Assembly (NCBI RefSeq): GCF_000143415.4
Contig: NW_003314313.1
Span: 266,418-330,417 of the forward strand
Reading direction: 5' to 3'
Length of the DNA: 64,000 bases
DNA from: Selaginella moellendorffii
Taxonomy: Eukaryota; Plantae; Lycopodiophyta
Position numbers and translations under genes: made by a program. Within the stretch, counting starts at the first letter, position 1. Each line of letters opens with the position of its first letter. Positions 40,791 through 52,345 of this stretch are shown here, one piece after another. The notes below the pieces were generated by a model that saw only the letters and a program-made list of their open reading frames with translations, did no database searches and had not been told where the DNA came from.

Positions 40791-42204
40791 ATAGAGGTTG
40801 ATATTTAGAGCAACCAGTCAATAATTTAAATGCTTAAGTTTACCTCTGTTCATTAATTAAATATGCTATTTTTAATATTATCATGAATGTTATTCGTTCT
40901 ATATTTTTAATTCAAATGCACTACCCTTGCAACCACTTGGAATAAAAAAGAATGAATCTCTATTAGTTGAGTGATGGTCATAATAAGTACAAATAATTGA
41001 ATATTATATTTATACCCCATGTTCTCTCAAAGTTTTAAAACTAAAACTTTTCTCCTATAAAGTTTTAAAAAATAAAAGTCTCAATTTCCAATGCCTAGAA
41101 TAGTCAAGAAGATATTACTCTAGAAATAAAAAAAAACATTCAAACTAAATTGAGATGAAATAAAATATATATGAATGAACTTATTTTAATAATTAAAATT
41201 AAAATTATCATTAATAATTTTAAATAATTATTTAGAACATCTATATTGCTCTATTTGTTAATTCATGCATTCACAAAAAATAAATTTAAAAGAGGAAAAT
41301 ATTTCTAGTAAAAGTCTCATTGATTTTCTTTAAAATAAAAATAGAGCTAATCTGATTATTTTGTTATTTATTTGAATTAAAATATGTGGTTTATCTTATG
41401 AATAAGAACAATATACTTGTAATTTTAAACTATAAACATATTTTTCCCAACAAATGAAAATTAAAAATATTCCTAAATATTTATTTAATTTAAGAATAAA
41501 CATTTAATTACAGTATATTAAATCTTTAAAAATTACTAAAACATTCTAGCTCATTAATTATAAAGCCTTAGGCCTCTATATTATTATGACTAAAACTATA
41601 AACATAAATGTAAATCTACATTTTTAATAAAGATCTCTCATTTTATTGACTTCAAAAGTGATTTTTCCATAAAGAAAGTGTAAAATTCTAATATAAATCT
41701 CATAATGTGAGTATAATCAACTAATATATTTTAAAACATTTTTACTGAAGAATGATAAAATGCCATTTTATCATACTTCATTTGGAGTTTCTTAAAATAG
41801 TATATATTAAATAGTAAAATAGATGATTTTATTAATAAAAGCTAATTTTTATAAATTTAATTCTTATTATTTCTTTTATATAGGTTATTCAATTGACCCA
41901 TTTGCAATATATGAAAGTAATACCAATCAATAATGCAATGAATGAAAGTAATATTTTGGGTATTTGGAAATTGATGAATCAACCAAACACTACAAGACAT
42001 TATTTTTATTGCTTTTATGTATTGCATTATTGATTGAGGACAAGATTGTTTTGGTTTATTAAATGGATTAAACTAAATAACATCAAGGTGAGAGAATCCT
42101 AAAACTGTTCCTCTTTTATGACTGTAAGAGGCATTTACTTATATAGACAATGAAAAGTCTAAATTGCACTAATGTAATAACCCAAATTAGCCAAGTTAGT
42201 TTAA

Positions 42205-42218
42205 TTTTTATATATATT

Positions 42219-42250
<32 letters not shown>

Positions 42251-42308
42251 TACATACATATATATACATATACATATACATATACATATATATATATACA
42301 CACACACT
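42205..42308. repeat. (TA)n/(TACA)n compound microsatellite
   Basis: Directly visible. Confidence 0.95.
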
Positions 42309-42627
42309 ATATGTAGAGACTTCACATTGGTTTTTCTTTTCTTTTTTCCTATTTTTCCTTCTTTTAATGGCAAGAGTGATTTCTAAATAAAAACAACTGC
42401 AATAAATTATATTAGTCAAAATATTTAATTTACCTAATATTTTAGAGCATTCAACTTTTAACTAAAAGATTTAAGTACATAAAATACTAAAGTGATTGTA
42501 CAATAAAATATCTACCAGATGTAACAGAATCTACTTCGTCCTATGGTCGGTTGGTCCGGATGTTAAAGAGAATCTAGTCTACTTGATTCACAAGCATTCA
42601 TTCTTGTCATTTAGTTGTTCGCAGGCA

Positions 42628-44067
42628 ATGGTGAAATGGACACTATATGTTCATATCACAATGGTGTTTTTGTTGCAGCAGTTTCTTAAGGTATGTGCAA
42701 ACGATCTAGCTGACCGTGTCCGGTCTAGCATCAAGACGAAGAAGCTTGACCTCATGGGCCTCGTCTCCACGCTAGGAACCACATCTGCAACAAGGAGCCT
42801 GGTATTCTCATCCACGAACGATGCATTCAGTGTCACAGGTCACGTTGGTCCAGGAAGCTTGTCCCTTGCCACAACCTTGCTCCAAATGACTGGCTTTCGT
42901 GTAGGACAGTTGTTGTCCCCGGCTGCCGAGTCTAACGCTCTTAGCATGAAATGCCCCAACGGGTTGCGCTACATTGGCTTGAGCTCTAGAACCCAATGCC
43001 CCGTCCTCAATACGGTGGGTGCCAGCATCGTGCGTGAGCACAAGCAGCTGTGGAATGAGCATGACGGCGTGGCTAACGATAAGCCGGTGGGAAGAGATGC
43101 TGGTCGACGCATGCAGGTGCTGGTCCTATCAACGGGCAACATGGGGACTCATGCTCAGGTCTTGCTCAAGGGGACGGCATTAGACTGCCTTCTCCTGGGT
43201 TGGATGCCATTGCTACTCAGCTTGGGAGTCGTTTGTGTTGCTTGTGCCAGTGGGGAATGGGTCGCTGGCGCTCTTATCGGGCTAGGAACTCTGGGGATGG
43301 CACTTTCGGTGATGGTATTGAGGATCTCCTTCGTGTTCAAATATGCAGAGCCCAAAGTTGCTGACGGTGCTCCTAAGGGAGATTGCCTCGTCGTGGATGA
43401 CACGGATACTGAAACTTTGCACATTGTCATGGGTACGGAAAGCTTCATACAGGCCCTCTTCCAGCGCAGGCTGGAGCAGGAGGAAACTAAAATGGGCAGA
43501 GTGGGGCTGTTGTTCGCAGGGCTCATGCTCTACGCTTACTCAATCGCCAGTGTCTTGTGGCTTCCAAACGTGTCCCTCTTCGGCCAAATAATTTTCACAG
43601 CTGCCAATGCTCTTGGTCTGCTCGCGGACATGTTCAAAGGCTCCAAGAATGGCAACCTAGGCCTGGCTCGCAAGGCACGAGAGCAGTTTCAGTTGGCCTT
43701 GAGCGAGAGGGTGGTATTCGGGAGCCGGACCGCGGCCGTCGCTTTTGTTGCAAAGCATGCTGAAGACTGCAGTGTGCTCAAGTCCCTGCTGCCCACGCAA
43801 GGGCCAGTATGGGAGAAATGGTGGGTGCTGCTGCATCGTTACAAGCACAATATAATCAGTCCTGACGATGCGGCCTGTAACATCGATGACGACCCTCTGC
43901 TTCAAAAACTTGTGAAGGACATGGAGTATGGATTGAACTATCAGTCATATAAGATCCAAATGAATGTAGAAACAAGATCCTTTGACAGTCTACAAATTGG
44001 CAACCGTGATCATCGCATGCATGTGATGGAAGATGGAAGTTGGCAAGCTAGCAATTTGATTCCATGA
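42628..44067 (+). CDS. Uncharacterised multi-pass membrane protein, paralog B
   Basis: Intronless ORF starting MVKWTLYVHITMVFLL; paralog of 34865-36193; motifs GAPKGDCLV, LWLPNVSLFGQIIF, FGSRTAAVAF and LLPTQGPVWEKWW. Confidence 0.87.
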   Translation: MVKWTLYVHITMVFLLQQFLKVCANDLADRVRSSIKTKKLDLMGLVSTLGTTSATRSLVFSSTNDAFSVTGHVGPGSLSLATTLLQMTGFRVGQLLSPAAESNALSMKCPNGLRYIGLSSRTQCPVLNTVGASIVREHKQLWNEHDGVANDKPVGRDAGRRMQVLVLSTGNMGTHAQVLLKGTALDCLLLGWMPLLLSLGVVCVACASGEWVAGALIGLGTLGMALSVMVLRISFVFKYAEPKVADGAPKGDCLVVDDTDTETLHIVMGTESFIQALFQRRLEQEETKMGRVGLLFAGLMLYAYSIASVLWLPNVSLFGQIIFTAANALGLLADMFKGSKNGNLGLARKAREQFQLALSERVVFGSRTAAVAFVAKHAEDCSVLKSLLPTQGPVWEKWWVLLHRYKHNIISPDDAACNIDDDPLLQKLVKDMEYGLNYQSYKIQMNVETRSFDSLQIGNRDHRMHVMEDGSWQASNLIP

Positions 44068-44639
44068 CGACTGTCCTGGCCTTCCAACGGTCCACGGCTA
44101 TCAAATCCATGGGATGGGCTACCATTACTCAGACTTTTCCAGCACAAGGTTTCTGTATATCCAGATCAAAGTTTTCTTGAGGTTCAAGCATTTCTATAGC
44201 ATTCATGGATGCCAAAACTTACAAGCTATGAACTAGAGGTTAGGGGGATCTATTGACATAGTCTGTTTTCAAAAGCATACTTTTGTATGGTGTTCCTTTT
44301 TACAAAGGGCCATGTTAGTCCCATGATGCTGTTCAATGACATTTCATCCAATGTTGATATTGAACTTTTGAAGCACCATAGGTTCACATTTGCATTTAGA
44401 AGCATCAGGTAGAGTTAACACTCAAGCCCTATCCCTTATTCTCTTGTATTCCAGCCTACCATTAATATATGTCTATCTTGCTTAGATCCAAAGTATTCAA
44501 TGCCAAACCCATCCTTGCACACAACCACTCACATGAGCCTTCTTGGGGATTGAATGTCTCAAGTTAGTTACTAATTGAATTGTGTGAATCCAATGACATA
44601 GATGCTGCACACATTGACACCTTTGAGAAAGAAAATCCG

Positions 44640-45127
44640 GGTTGTCTTTAGGCCCACCAGGTGTGCAAGATATCTATTCCATTCCTTTTGATGTAAGCCA
44701 CTATATGAGCTTTGTATGATATGTATCACTATAGGCTATGGTGGCTATTGCTGGTGATGATTTGGAAATGCATCATAGGGCGGAGGACAATCAGTTTCAT
44801 GTTCCCCTTGTATGATGATCACATTGGATTCCTTCCTAACTGTTCTTATCCTTTGGCCTCATCTTTTCTAACAGAATTTCCAGGAGACTTTAACAAATCC
44901 ATGTATTCTTGCCAAATTTCTCAAATTTCTCAGTTCGATCAGTATCAAAATTTCCTGTATGATGATGTCCATTTTCTGGACAGCACCTGCAAATTACAAG
45001 AACCCTTGAAAATCACTTTCCATCCACTAAAACACATCCCATTAGGTGTTCTTGCAAATGATCCTTTGCTGCTAGTGTGGCACTTACTGCACGTTTCCAT
45101 ATTCTTTACAAATTGAATTGAAAGGAG
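44640..45127 (+). repeat. ~480-bp direct repeat, copy 2, abutting the resumed LTR
   Basis: Matches 36520-36991 and ends where family-A LTR homology resumes. Confidence 0.9.
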
Positions 45128-46063
45128 CAAAGGGATAGGACACGGAGCGACTTGGAATAGTCCTAAAGTATCTAGCATCCCAATGTCAGGACCAACACAC
45201 AAAATGGAGTTAAGTGGAGTTTGACATTATTTCACCATACTAGTGGTTTAACGTAAGGATATGGGTATTCCACCAACTAATATAGTATGGAATTTGACCT
45301 TAGACCTAAGCCAGATGCAGAACAAGAACAGGTATGCAAGTAAAAGCTAGACTATGCCTCAGGTTGGCTAGCCATGCCTAACCTACCCACTATCCCTACT
45401 ATACATTTGGAACCCCCAACACATGCTTTGGGCTTTCACCCCAAGCCTTCTTTAGTACCAAGAGTTACTCTCTGGGACAAGCTCAAAACTTACTGAATAT
45501 GGAATGTCCTTATATTGCGAATTTGGTCATATTGTGTTCAAAATAATCTTTACATTCTGTAGATATGTCAAACCAGCAAATTTAAACACTTTCCATATAT
45601 AACATTTGGAAACGGAATGAAACTAACACAAAAGGCATGATAATGAGGGTGTTTGGCAGACACGGTAAGCTATCATTTAACGAATATTGAGGGACTAAGC
45701 TCAATATCGCAAGGGTTCCAACACTAGCAAGTGCAAGTCAGCAAATGAGTTTCTCTAACCAGGTCAAATATATTTAACTAATAGCACTTAGGAATTCCGT
45801 CCTTATGCTCATCTGGTCAAGTGTATATATGAAAATTAGTTTCTCAACTAGTTTAGATGAAGACTAATAACAAGTCTAACAATACTGACTTCTTGCTATC
45901 GTGGTAATAAAGAAAAAATATCCAAAAGGACAGGCAATAAATAATTTTTGATATCCAAAGTTACATTTGCAACATACACCTTAGCATCCTTAGGATGTCT
46001 AGAGACACCTTTTTAAAATATCGTGGTAAGGAAGTCTTAGAGGATAGTAGGATTTAGTGATCA

Positions 46064-46366
46064 GGCCTTTATGCTTTATTTCGTTAAAGTGGAACTTTTC
46101 ATTATCCCACTTATGGTGTGTGGCCACATGCCATTTTTATAACAACAATAAAAAATTAAAGTTTTAGCTTTATAATTTATAAAGTAAAAACTTTTCATAT
46201 GATTTTGTGTTATAATATTGTGAAATATAAAAAATAAATTAAAAAACTGATAGAAATATTAATAAATATTAATTAAGTACTAGGAAATGGCATGTGGACA
46301 CATGCTAATTAATGTCCCACTTTACTGAATAAGTTCCACTTTAACGAAATAAAACATCTTTGGGCC
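46064..46366. mobile_element. Tourist/PIF-Harbinger-like MITE
   Basis: Inverted termini tttatttcgttaaagtggaactt / aagttccactttaacgaaataaa plus subterminal inverted cacatgccattt; GGCC ends; flanks tca/tta; AT-rich core. Confidence 0.55.
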
Positions 46367-46787
46367 TTAGCCTAATGGTGGTGTTGGCAAGCACAGCTTT
46401 GGATGAAGAAGGATTTAATGGGGACAGAAGAAGGGTCATTGGGGAAGGGTATTCCCTATATCTCTAAACATCTTAAAGGTGCTAAAGTGAGGTTAAAAGA
46501 TGACCACTTATGGATAAATGGCTTAGTCTTTGAAAGACAAAGTTATGAAGCAAGTGGTTTTGGATTACCGATATGACAAAGGTGAATAAATATAACTTTA
46601 GTGTAATGGGTTAATATGTTAGTGGTACTTTTGGGTGTCGGTCATAAGATTGGACACATGGAACATTTGGACCAAGTGTAAAGGTTAAGTGACATAAATG
46701 CCATTCATGGGGCTAGTATATCCCAAGTAAAGAATAAAACTCATGGAGGTTGTAAATGAAACTCTTTCAAGTGGTCAAAGATGTGGA
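46367..46787 (+). mobile_element. Degenerate family-B LTR fragment
   Basis: Colinear with ~23800-24230. Confidence 0.7.
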
Positions 46788-47120
46788 AGTGTGCCACCCA
46801 TTCCTTGCCTAGCACCAGGCCTAGGTAGTCAAAGTATGGATCACCCTCCCTGACGAAGAAGTTCTCCAAGAAGAGAATCAGGTAATTGAAGACGTGGCTT
46901 GCTGCCATCTGTGACACGGGTGAAGTGCTGGTAGAAGGAGAAGTCAGAGATCATATCCGGTATTGGACATGGAAAGAGAGATGCTCCATGAGCAGGCCAA
47001 CGAGGGATTTGTAGCAATCGTAATCATCATCGCTTGGCTGTGCGACACTATAGTATCTCCTCACCCGGACTGGACAACTCCTCCTCGCCAATGCCGCCAT
47101 ACCAGCCGCTATGCCATTGT
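46788..47120 (-). pseudogene. Family-X gene, 5' fragment
   Basis: Matches the 5' third of 50469-51341 and is truncated at the LTR fragment. Confidence 0.8.
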
Positions 47121-48886
47121 TGCTCCAGGCGAATGTAAAATCTTTTAGGGCAGAAGCGCGGATATTTAGCAGTCATGGTTTTAGAAACTTCTATAGTGGA
47201 ATCCATGAGGTTAGACTTCCTCCTTTAAAACTGTTCTTCCGGCAAGCACAATCTCATCTATTTCTCTTGGATTGATCGATCATGCCTTGCGATGAGGAGG
47301 ACCAACTAGACGAAGGCCATCATGGCGTCGCAATGATTCCTGCTATTGGTGCTGCTACTCCGGAGGAATTCGTGCTGCAGCGCAAGTACCCAGAATTGTT
47401 CTTCCAAGTAGTTTATTTTCTTTGTTCTTGATCATTCAGGAATCCCCTCCATCTCACCGAATCTCCTTGCAAAAACCCCAGAGACAGCAGCGAAAAATCC
47501 TCTCTTCTCCAGGCAATCCATCTCCAACGCCGAAGTGGCCGCATTGGGCGCCCGTGCCGCCAAAAAAGCTCTCCAAGAAGGTGGACATTCCGATGCTAAA
47601 ATCACCCGCGTCATCCAACGGCATTCCACATGCCCAGCGCGTCACCAAGATTCTGGGCCTGCGCCACGACGTCCGTCGATTGCTCCTCAATCAGCTGGGC
47701 TGTTCTCAGAATCGCCAAGGCGGAGGCTGGTGGAATCTCGACACGTGTCCTCAATTCTAAACCCTAGGATTTCGCGGCACAGGGTGCTCAAGTTAATGCG
47801 TTGCCACAAGCGAGTGCGTTAGCTGGGTTAGCTGGCAGCTTTAGTATTCGCCCAAGGAGCGCTCAGGCTGCACAGGCGAGCGCACAGGGGCATGCCGTCA
47901 CGGCGCATGCAAGTGCGCTCGCGGCACAGGATGCCCAAGCTGGCGGTGTTGCTGCCTTGATAGCTGCTGAAGCCAGTGCCCATGCTGCACGGAGGGCACA
48001 AGCGGCTTCTCTTGCAGCCTTAGCCACCGTACAACACACGCCTTACGAGCTCAACAAGCGGCTAAAGTTGCTCAACGCCATGCATTGAATCGGCCGAGCA
48101 AGCTGCCCAGCTAGCTGCCCGCATGCAAGAGCAGGTTCTGGCCTTGACCAGTCGCTACGGTTTAAGCGGTTGCCAGAATTAGAGCAAGAAAACTGTATCC
48201 TGCTTTCCAATCCACGGTGTAAGGTGGAAGTTTATGGTTTTCTCCAGACGAGCTGCGTGCCGCATTTTCAGTGATCAGACGTCTGTCGCGTTCAATGTGC
48301 GCTTGACAGATCCAGTCCTCGAGGATTATGCTAGGTGGCTCTAGGAAATCTCGCACGCGCGATGATTTTTGTTTGTCCAAAATGTTTGGAGCCAGCCCCA
48401 ATTCCAGGAGGCTTAAAGATTCCAGAAGAAAGAGAGCTACAATTTTTGTTTCTGTTCTGACGATGATTTGTTTATTTATTTTTCTTTCTGTTTTCCTGTT
48501 CGTGTTCTTTCTTTTAGATCTCTCAACAGATTCGTTCTTTCTCATTCTTGTCCAGATTAAAACGGGTGTGCCAAAGGATGGCTATGTCGAGTTTCAAGTT
48601 CACAACAGCCATACCACATCTCGTTGCAATCGCCTTCTGTTAAGGTGAGCTCCATACTGTTGTTAAAGGAATGTCCTGATCACGGCAGCGTCAACACATG
48701 AAAGGTGAAAGATGCTCAGCAAGACTTTGACATTTTCTAAGTATGTTCGCACATTTCGTGTTCCACTGGGTTGACGGCAAGCCATGTCGGCGAGTAGCGG
48801 CGACACGTCAGAACTCGGCCGCTCGCCTCCAAGAATGATGATCGCTCTTGTTAACGCAGCAGCATCGCCGCTGTTGCCATGGCGTC

Positions 48887-49118
48887 AGGTGCTTGACGTT
48901 ATTCTCCTCTGGCTTTCGATAGATCAAGGTGTAGTTTACTTGATTCGATGCCAGGACAACTCCTCGTCTCTTCAGCTCTCTTGAGCCTGTCAGCTGGAAA
49001 GAAACCAAGGATTTCATTGGAAACTCCTACGGCTCCACAGCGTCACCGTCGAGATATAGCCATACGACAGACAAAAGTTTGAGACGCTCCATCCTTGAGT
49101 GCTTTGACAATGCTCTCG
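48887..49118 (-). pseudogene. Deleted fragment of the aldo-keto reductase gene
   Basis: [25 protein letters not shown]; colinear pieces of 16390-16860, including intron sequence. Confidence 0.85.
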
Positions 49119-50468
49119 CTCGACTCCTCTTTTGCAAAGAAATGAGAGTGACGGTGCCCCGCGCTTGCAGCAAAGACAGAATGCATGCCTTTATGAGCAA
49201 GACGTCCCGCCCCAGAGCCTGAGCGATGCCATAGCTCTAGGGGATTTTCTCTCCCTCTTTCGGACATTTGCTGTCATGTGACACCACAAGGATTTCTTGA
49301 GGCTTTCTCTCCGCTTCACTCCACTGCGCCGGTTTAGGCTAAGGCATGAGGAAGGGGGCTGAATGAACTCGACGAGCTCTGTCATCGCAGCGAATGATCT
49401 GGAATGGGATTTTGCAAGGGCGTCTTGGCTGCCACAGTACAGCGAAAGCCTTTTGGCGTTTGCAACCCATAGCTAAGATCACGTCCCGGGTCTCCATGGT
49501 GGTGGATGAAGGCACGCTGAGGGTCTTGAGGGTCAATGTTTCGATTTGTTTCGCAAGAGTGTGTCGATCCCACAGCTGTTCCCCCACATGGGTATGTGCT
49601 TCAGGCAGGGTTAGCAAAGGAAAATGACATCTGTCACGGATCTTTGCTTGTGATACATGAAGAATTTTTAAAAATTGTTGAAATATACATCTGCCACAAT
49701 ATTAAGCACATCTTGCATGCTTAAATGAGAGGAACACATCCTCATGCAAATGCCATGAACGAGTTTACTCACATTTTGAGTTTAGCAGGCTTCAAGAGCA
49801 TAAATGGTATAGACAGGCATGGCATGAACGATAAATCCACTATTGATCCATTGTGGATATGGCATTGGTGTATCAAGCTCAAACAGCCTGCTCTCGGCGC
49901 ACACCACCGAGTCTATTTTGATCACTCCTACGTGCGCTGGGCCCATGCAGCATCTGATTGCCGACCCATCAGATTACAGCTTACCCGTGCTAAGCTTCAA
50001 GCGCAACTTAACAGCCGAGAATTTGAAGTCCGTACACATGATCGAGGCAGCTGAAGTGACCGGGCAATTGAAGAAGATGGCCTCCAGATTCGCGATCAAG
50101 CTGTGATGAAGATTTTGCGGAGAGAAGGAATTGATATCTTCTGGCAAGGAAGATCTAACACAGATGAGGAATTCTACACGCCGGGCCGCACCACGGCCGC
50201 GGCGGTCACCTGTCGCAGAGATTGATGTCTGCCGGCTACACTTGACTCCTTCTCGGATGGCCAGGCCCCCGGGATGGACAATCGACCGTAGTCCACCGCC
50301 TCCACACGCCCCGAGCGCTTGAGCAGTCCTTGGATGAATCCCTTCGCCTCTCGCCATCTTGATTACGGGCACCGTCGCCAAACAGCCAAGGACGCTGTTT
50401 GGAGGTCGTTAAGGTCGCTGTGGATTTGGAGGCTCTGTGGAGAACTTCATGGTCCTCGTATAACAAAT

Positions 50469-51341
50469 CTATCGAAAACCTGGTGGCCGCATGTAACAAG
50501 GTGGCTGCTTCTTCGCCTCGTCCAGCATCCGCCCCTGGTGCTCCACCAGCCTCGTCACAACCGGGAGCTGCGACACAGCCAGCGGGAGCCAACTGGGATC
50601 CCTGGGAGCGCCAGCCTCCACCACCTTTCGTGCACGCTCCAGGGCGTCCTTGGCAATGGAATAGCTATCGGCGTCTAGCTCGTCACTGGGCACGAAATCA
50701 TACTCTCGTTTGCTCCCCGACACGCATTTTGCGAGACTCTTGAAGCCGTAATCTGACATCCCGCACTCGCAATGCAGATCGGAATCCATGGCCACCCTGC
50801 GCACACCGTCCCTCCAATCTTTGAAGCCTGTCAAGCTCGTCTCGCTCGCGGCAAATACATCCCTTTCGGCAGCACACGCCAGCCTCTGCGCAAACTCGAT
50901 CGCCGGCCACAGATCCTCGGTTGGCAGACGATCCCACTCGTCCAGCAGCGGGGTGAGGCGCGCCACCCATTCCTTGCCCGGCGCCCGGCCTGGGTAGTCG
51001 AAGTATGGATCGCCCTCCCCGATGAAGAAGTTCTCCAAGAAGAGAATCGGGTAATTGAAGACGTGGGCGTCGCTGCCATCTGCGACACGGGCGAAGCGCT
51101 GGTAGAAGGAGAAGTCGAGGATCATATCCATGTGGTACTGGACGCGGAAAGAGAGACGCTCCATGAGCAGGCCGACGAGGGATTTGTAGCAATCGTAATC
51201 GTCATCGCTTGGCTGTGCGACGCTATAATGTCTCCTCACCCGGACTGGACGACTCCTCCTCGCCAACGCCGCCATACCAGCCGCCAATCTAGCCACCATT
51301 GTACTACTGGAATGTAAATCTTTTAGGGCAGAAGCAATCAT
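50469..51341 (-). CDS. Family-X unknown protein (intronless, possible mitochondrial presequence)
   Basis: 290-aa ORF; N-terminal MAALARRSRPVRVRRHYS; conserved core shared with five other copies. Confidence 0.65.
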   Translation of the reverse strand: MIASALKDLHSSSTMVARLAAGMAALARRSRPVRVRRHYSVAQPSDDDYDCYKSLVGLLMERLSFRVQYHMDMILDFSFYQRFARVADGSDAHVFNYPILFLENFFIGEGDPYFDYPGRAPGKEWVARLTPLLDEWDRLPTEDLWPAIEFAQRLACAAERDVFAASETSLTGFKDWRDGVRRVAMDSDLHCECGMSDYGFKSLAKCVSGSKREYDFVPSDELDADSYSIAKDALERARKVVEAGAPRDPSWLPLAVSQLPVVTRLVEHQGRMLDEAKKQPPCYMRPPGFR

Positions 51342-51839
51342 TGGTTTTCTCCAGCTAAAGTTAAGCTCTTCTTAGCACGGGCAACTGTTTGAGGCATTTT
51401 TTTTCCTTGCTAAATTCTTTGGCTTGGTGCGAAATGCTGATCCCGACCCTTTGGAGGCTGCCTCGTTGGCGCTGAGAGCAGCAGTCGAAGGTTGCGTTGA
51501 TAGATTTTGGACTCCTTGTTAACTCTCTCGGGATCAGCAGTATATTATATATGATTGCGCATGATCTGGTTGTCAGAAGTCGGCATGCTGAAAGCTTCAC
51601 CTCACCTCGAGCTTTTGCCTTGCTGAAGTTCGCCACAAACCTGCTCCACCCACCACGGCACGACTTTGTACTGAGTCTGAGCGGCTTTGTAGACAGATAC
51701 GAAAATACAATGCTCTATGCAAGATTTATGATACGGCTTGTATAGCAGGGTGTACAAAAGTTATGGTCATTCACTTGTGTGCTGTCCGAGCCTGAAAACG
51801 AAGAAGTGTTCCTCTCAGTCTGTCTTTCTCCGCAATATA

Positions 51840-52345
51840 TTACGAACGAAAGAAAAGCGGGAAGAGAGGCTTGAACCCGAAATCCCACACCCCACACTCC
51901 CACTGCAGATTAAAATCCATGGCCAACCCTGCGCACACCGTCCCTCCACTCTGTGAAGCTTGTCGAGCTCGTCTCGCTCGCGGCAAATACGTCCCTCTCA
52001 GCTGCACATGCCAGCCTCCGCGCAAACTCCATCGACGGCCACAGCTCCTCTGTTGGCAGATCGTCCCACTCGTCCAGCAGCGGGGAGAGGCGCGGCACCC
52101 ATATCCTTTCCCGGCGCCGGACCCGGGTAGTCGAAGTATGGATCGGCCTCCCCAATGAAGAAGTTCTCCCAGAAGAGATTCGGTAATTGAAGTAGTAGAA
52201 GCTGCCAGTAGAAGGAGAAGTCGAGGATCATGCAATGTGGTATTCGACGCGACGCTCCATGAGCAGCCCGACGAGGGATTTGTAGCATCTGTAGTCGTCC
52301 CAGCTTGGCTCAGCGACGCTGTAATACGGTCAGATTCCTTCCGCC
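51840..52345 (-). pseudogene. Family-X gene, frameshifted and truncated
   Basis: Core motifs (ILDFSFY, ENFFIGEADPYFDYPG, DEWDDLP) are spread over three frames. Confidence 0.85.

Larger units (their letters stand above)
19999..45974 (-). mobile_element. Degenerate Ty3/gypsy-like LTR retrotransposon (family A) with nested insertions and a split 5' LTR
   Basis: 3' LTR 19999-21127, adjacent to a reverse PPT (ctctccccctctt). Reverse PBS ctctgatacca at 31671. The 5' LTR is in two pieces, 31684-31850 and ~45126-45974. TSD cacac/tacac. Decayed RT motif (LSVDYIK) near 25310. Confidence 0.75.

Noticed and set aside
42150-42419. IY/YM-repeat ORFs
   Set aside because: Translation of a microsatellite.
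31851-45125. Helitron or DNA transposon as the vehicle of the cargo block; fungal contamination
   Set aside because: No TIR/TSD, TC…CTRR ends or transposase are seen. The block contains a plant PPR-DYW relic and a host-sized intron, which argues against contamination.
47282-48650. Several short ORFs, including Ala-rich 47801-48088
   Set aside because: No recognisable domain or consistent exon structure; probably gene debris.
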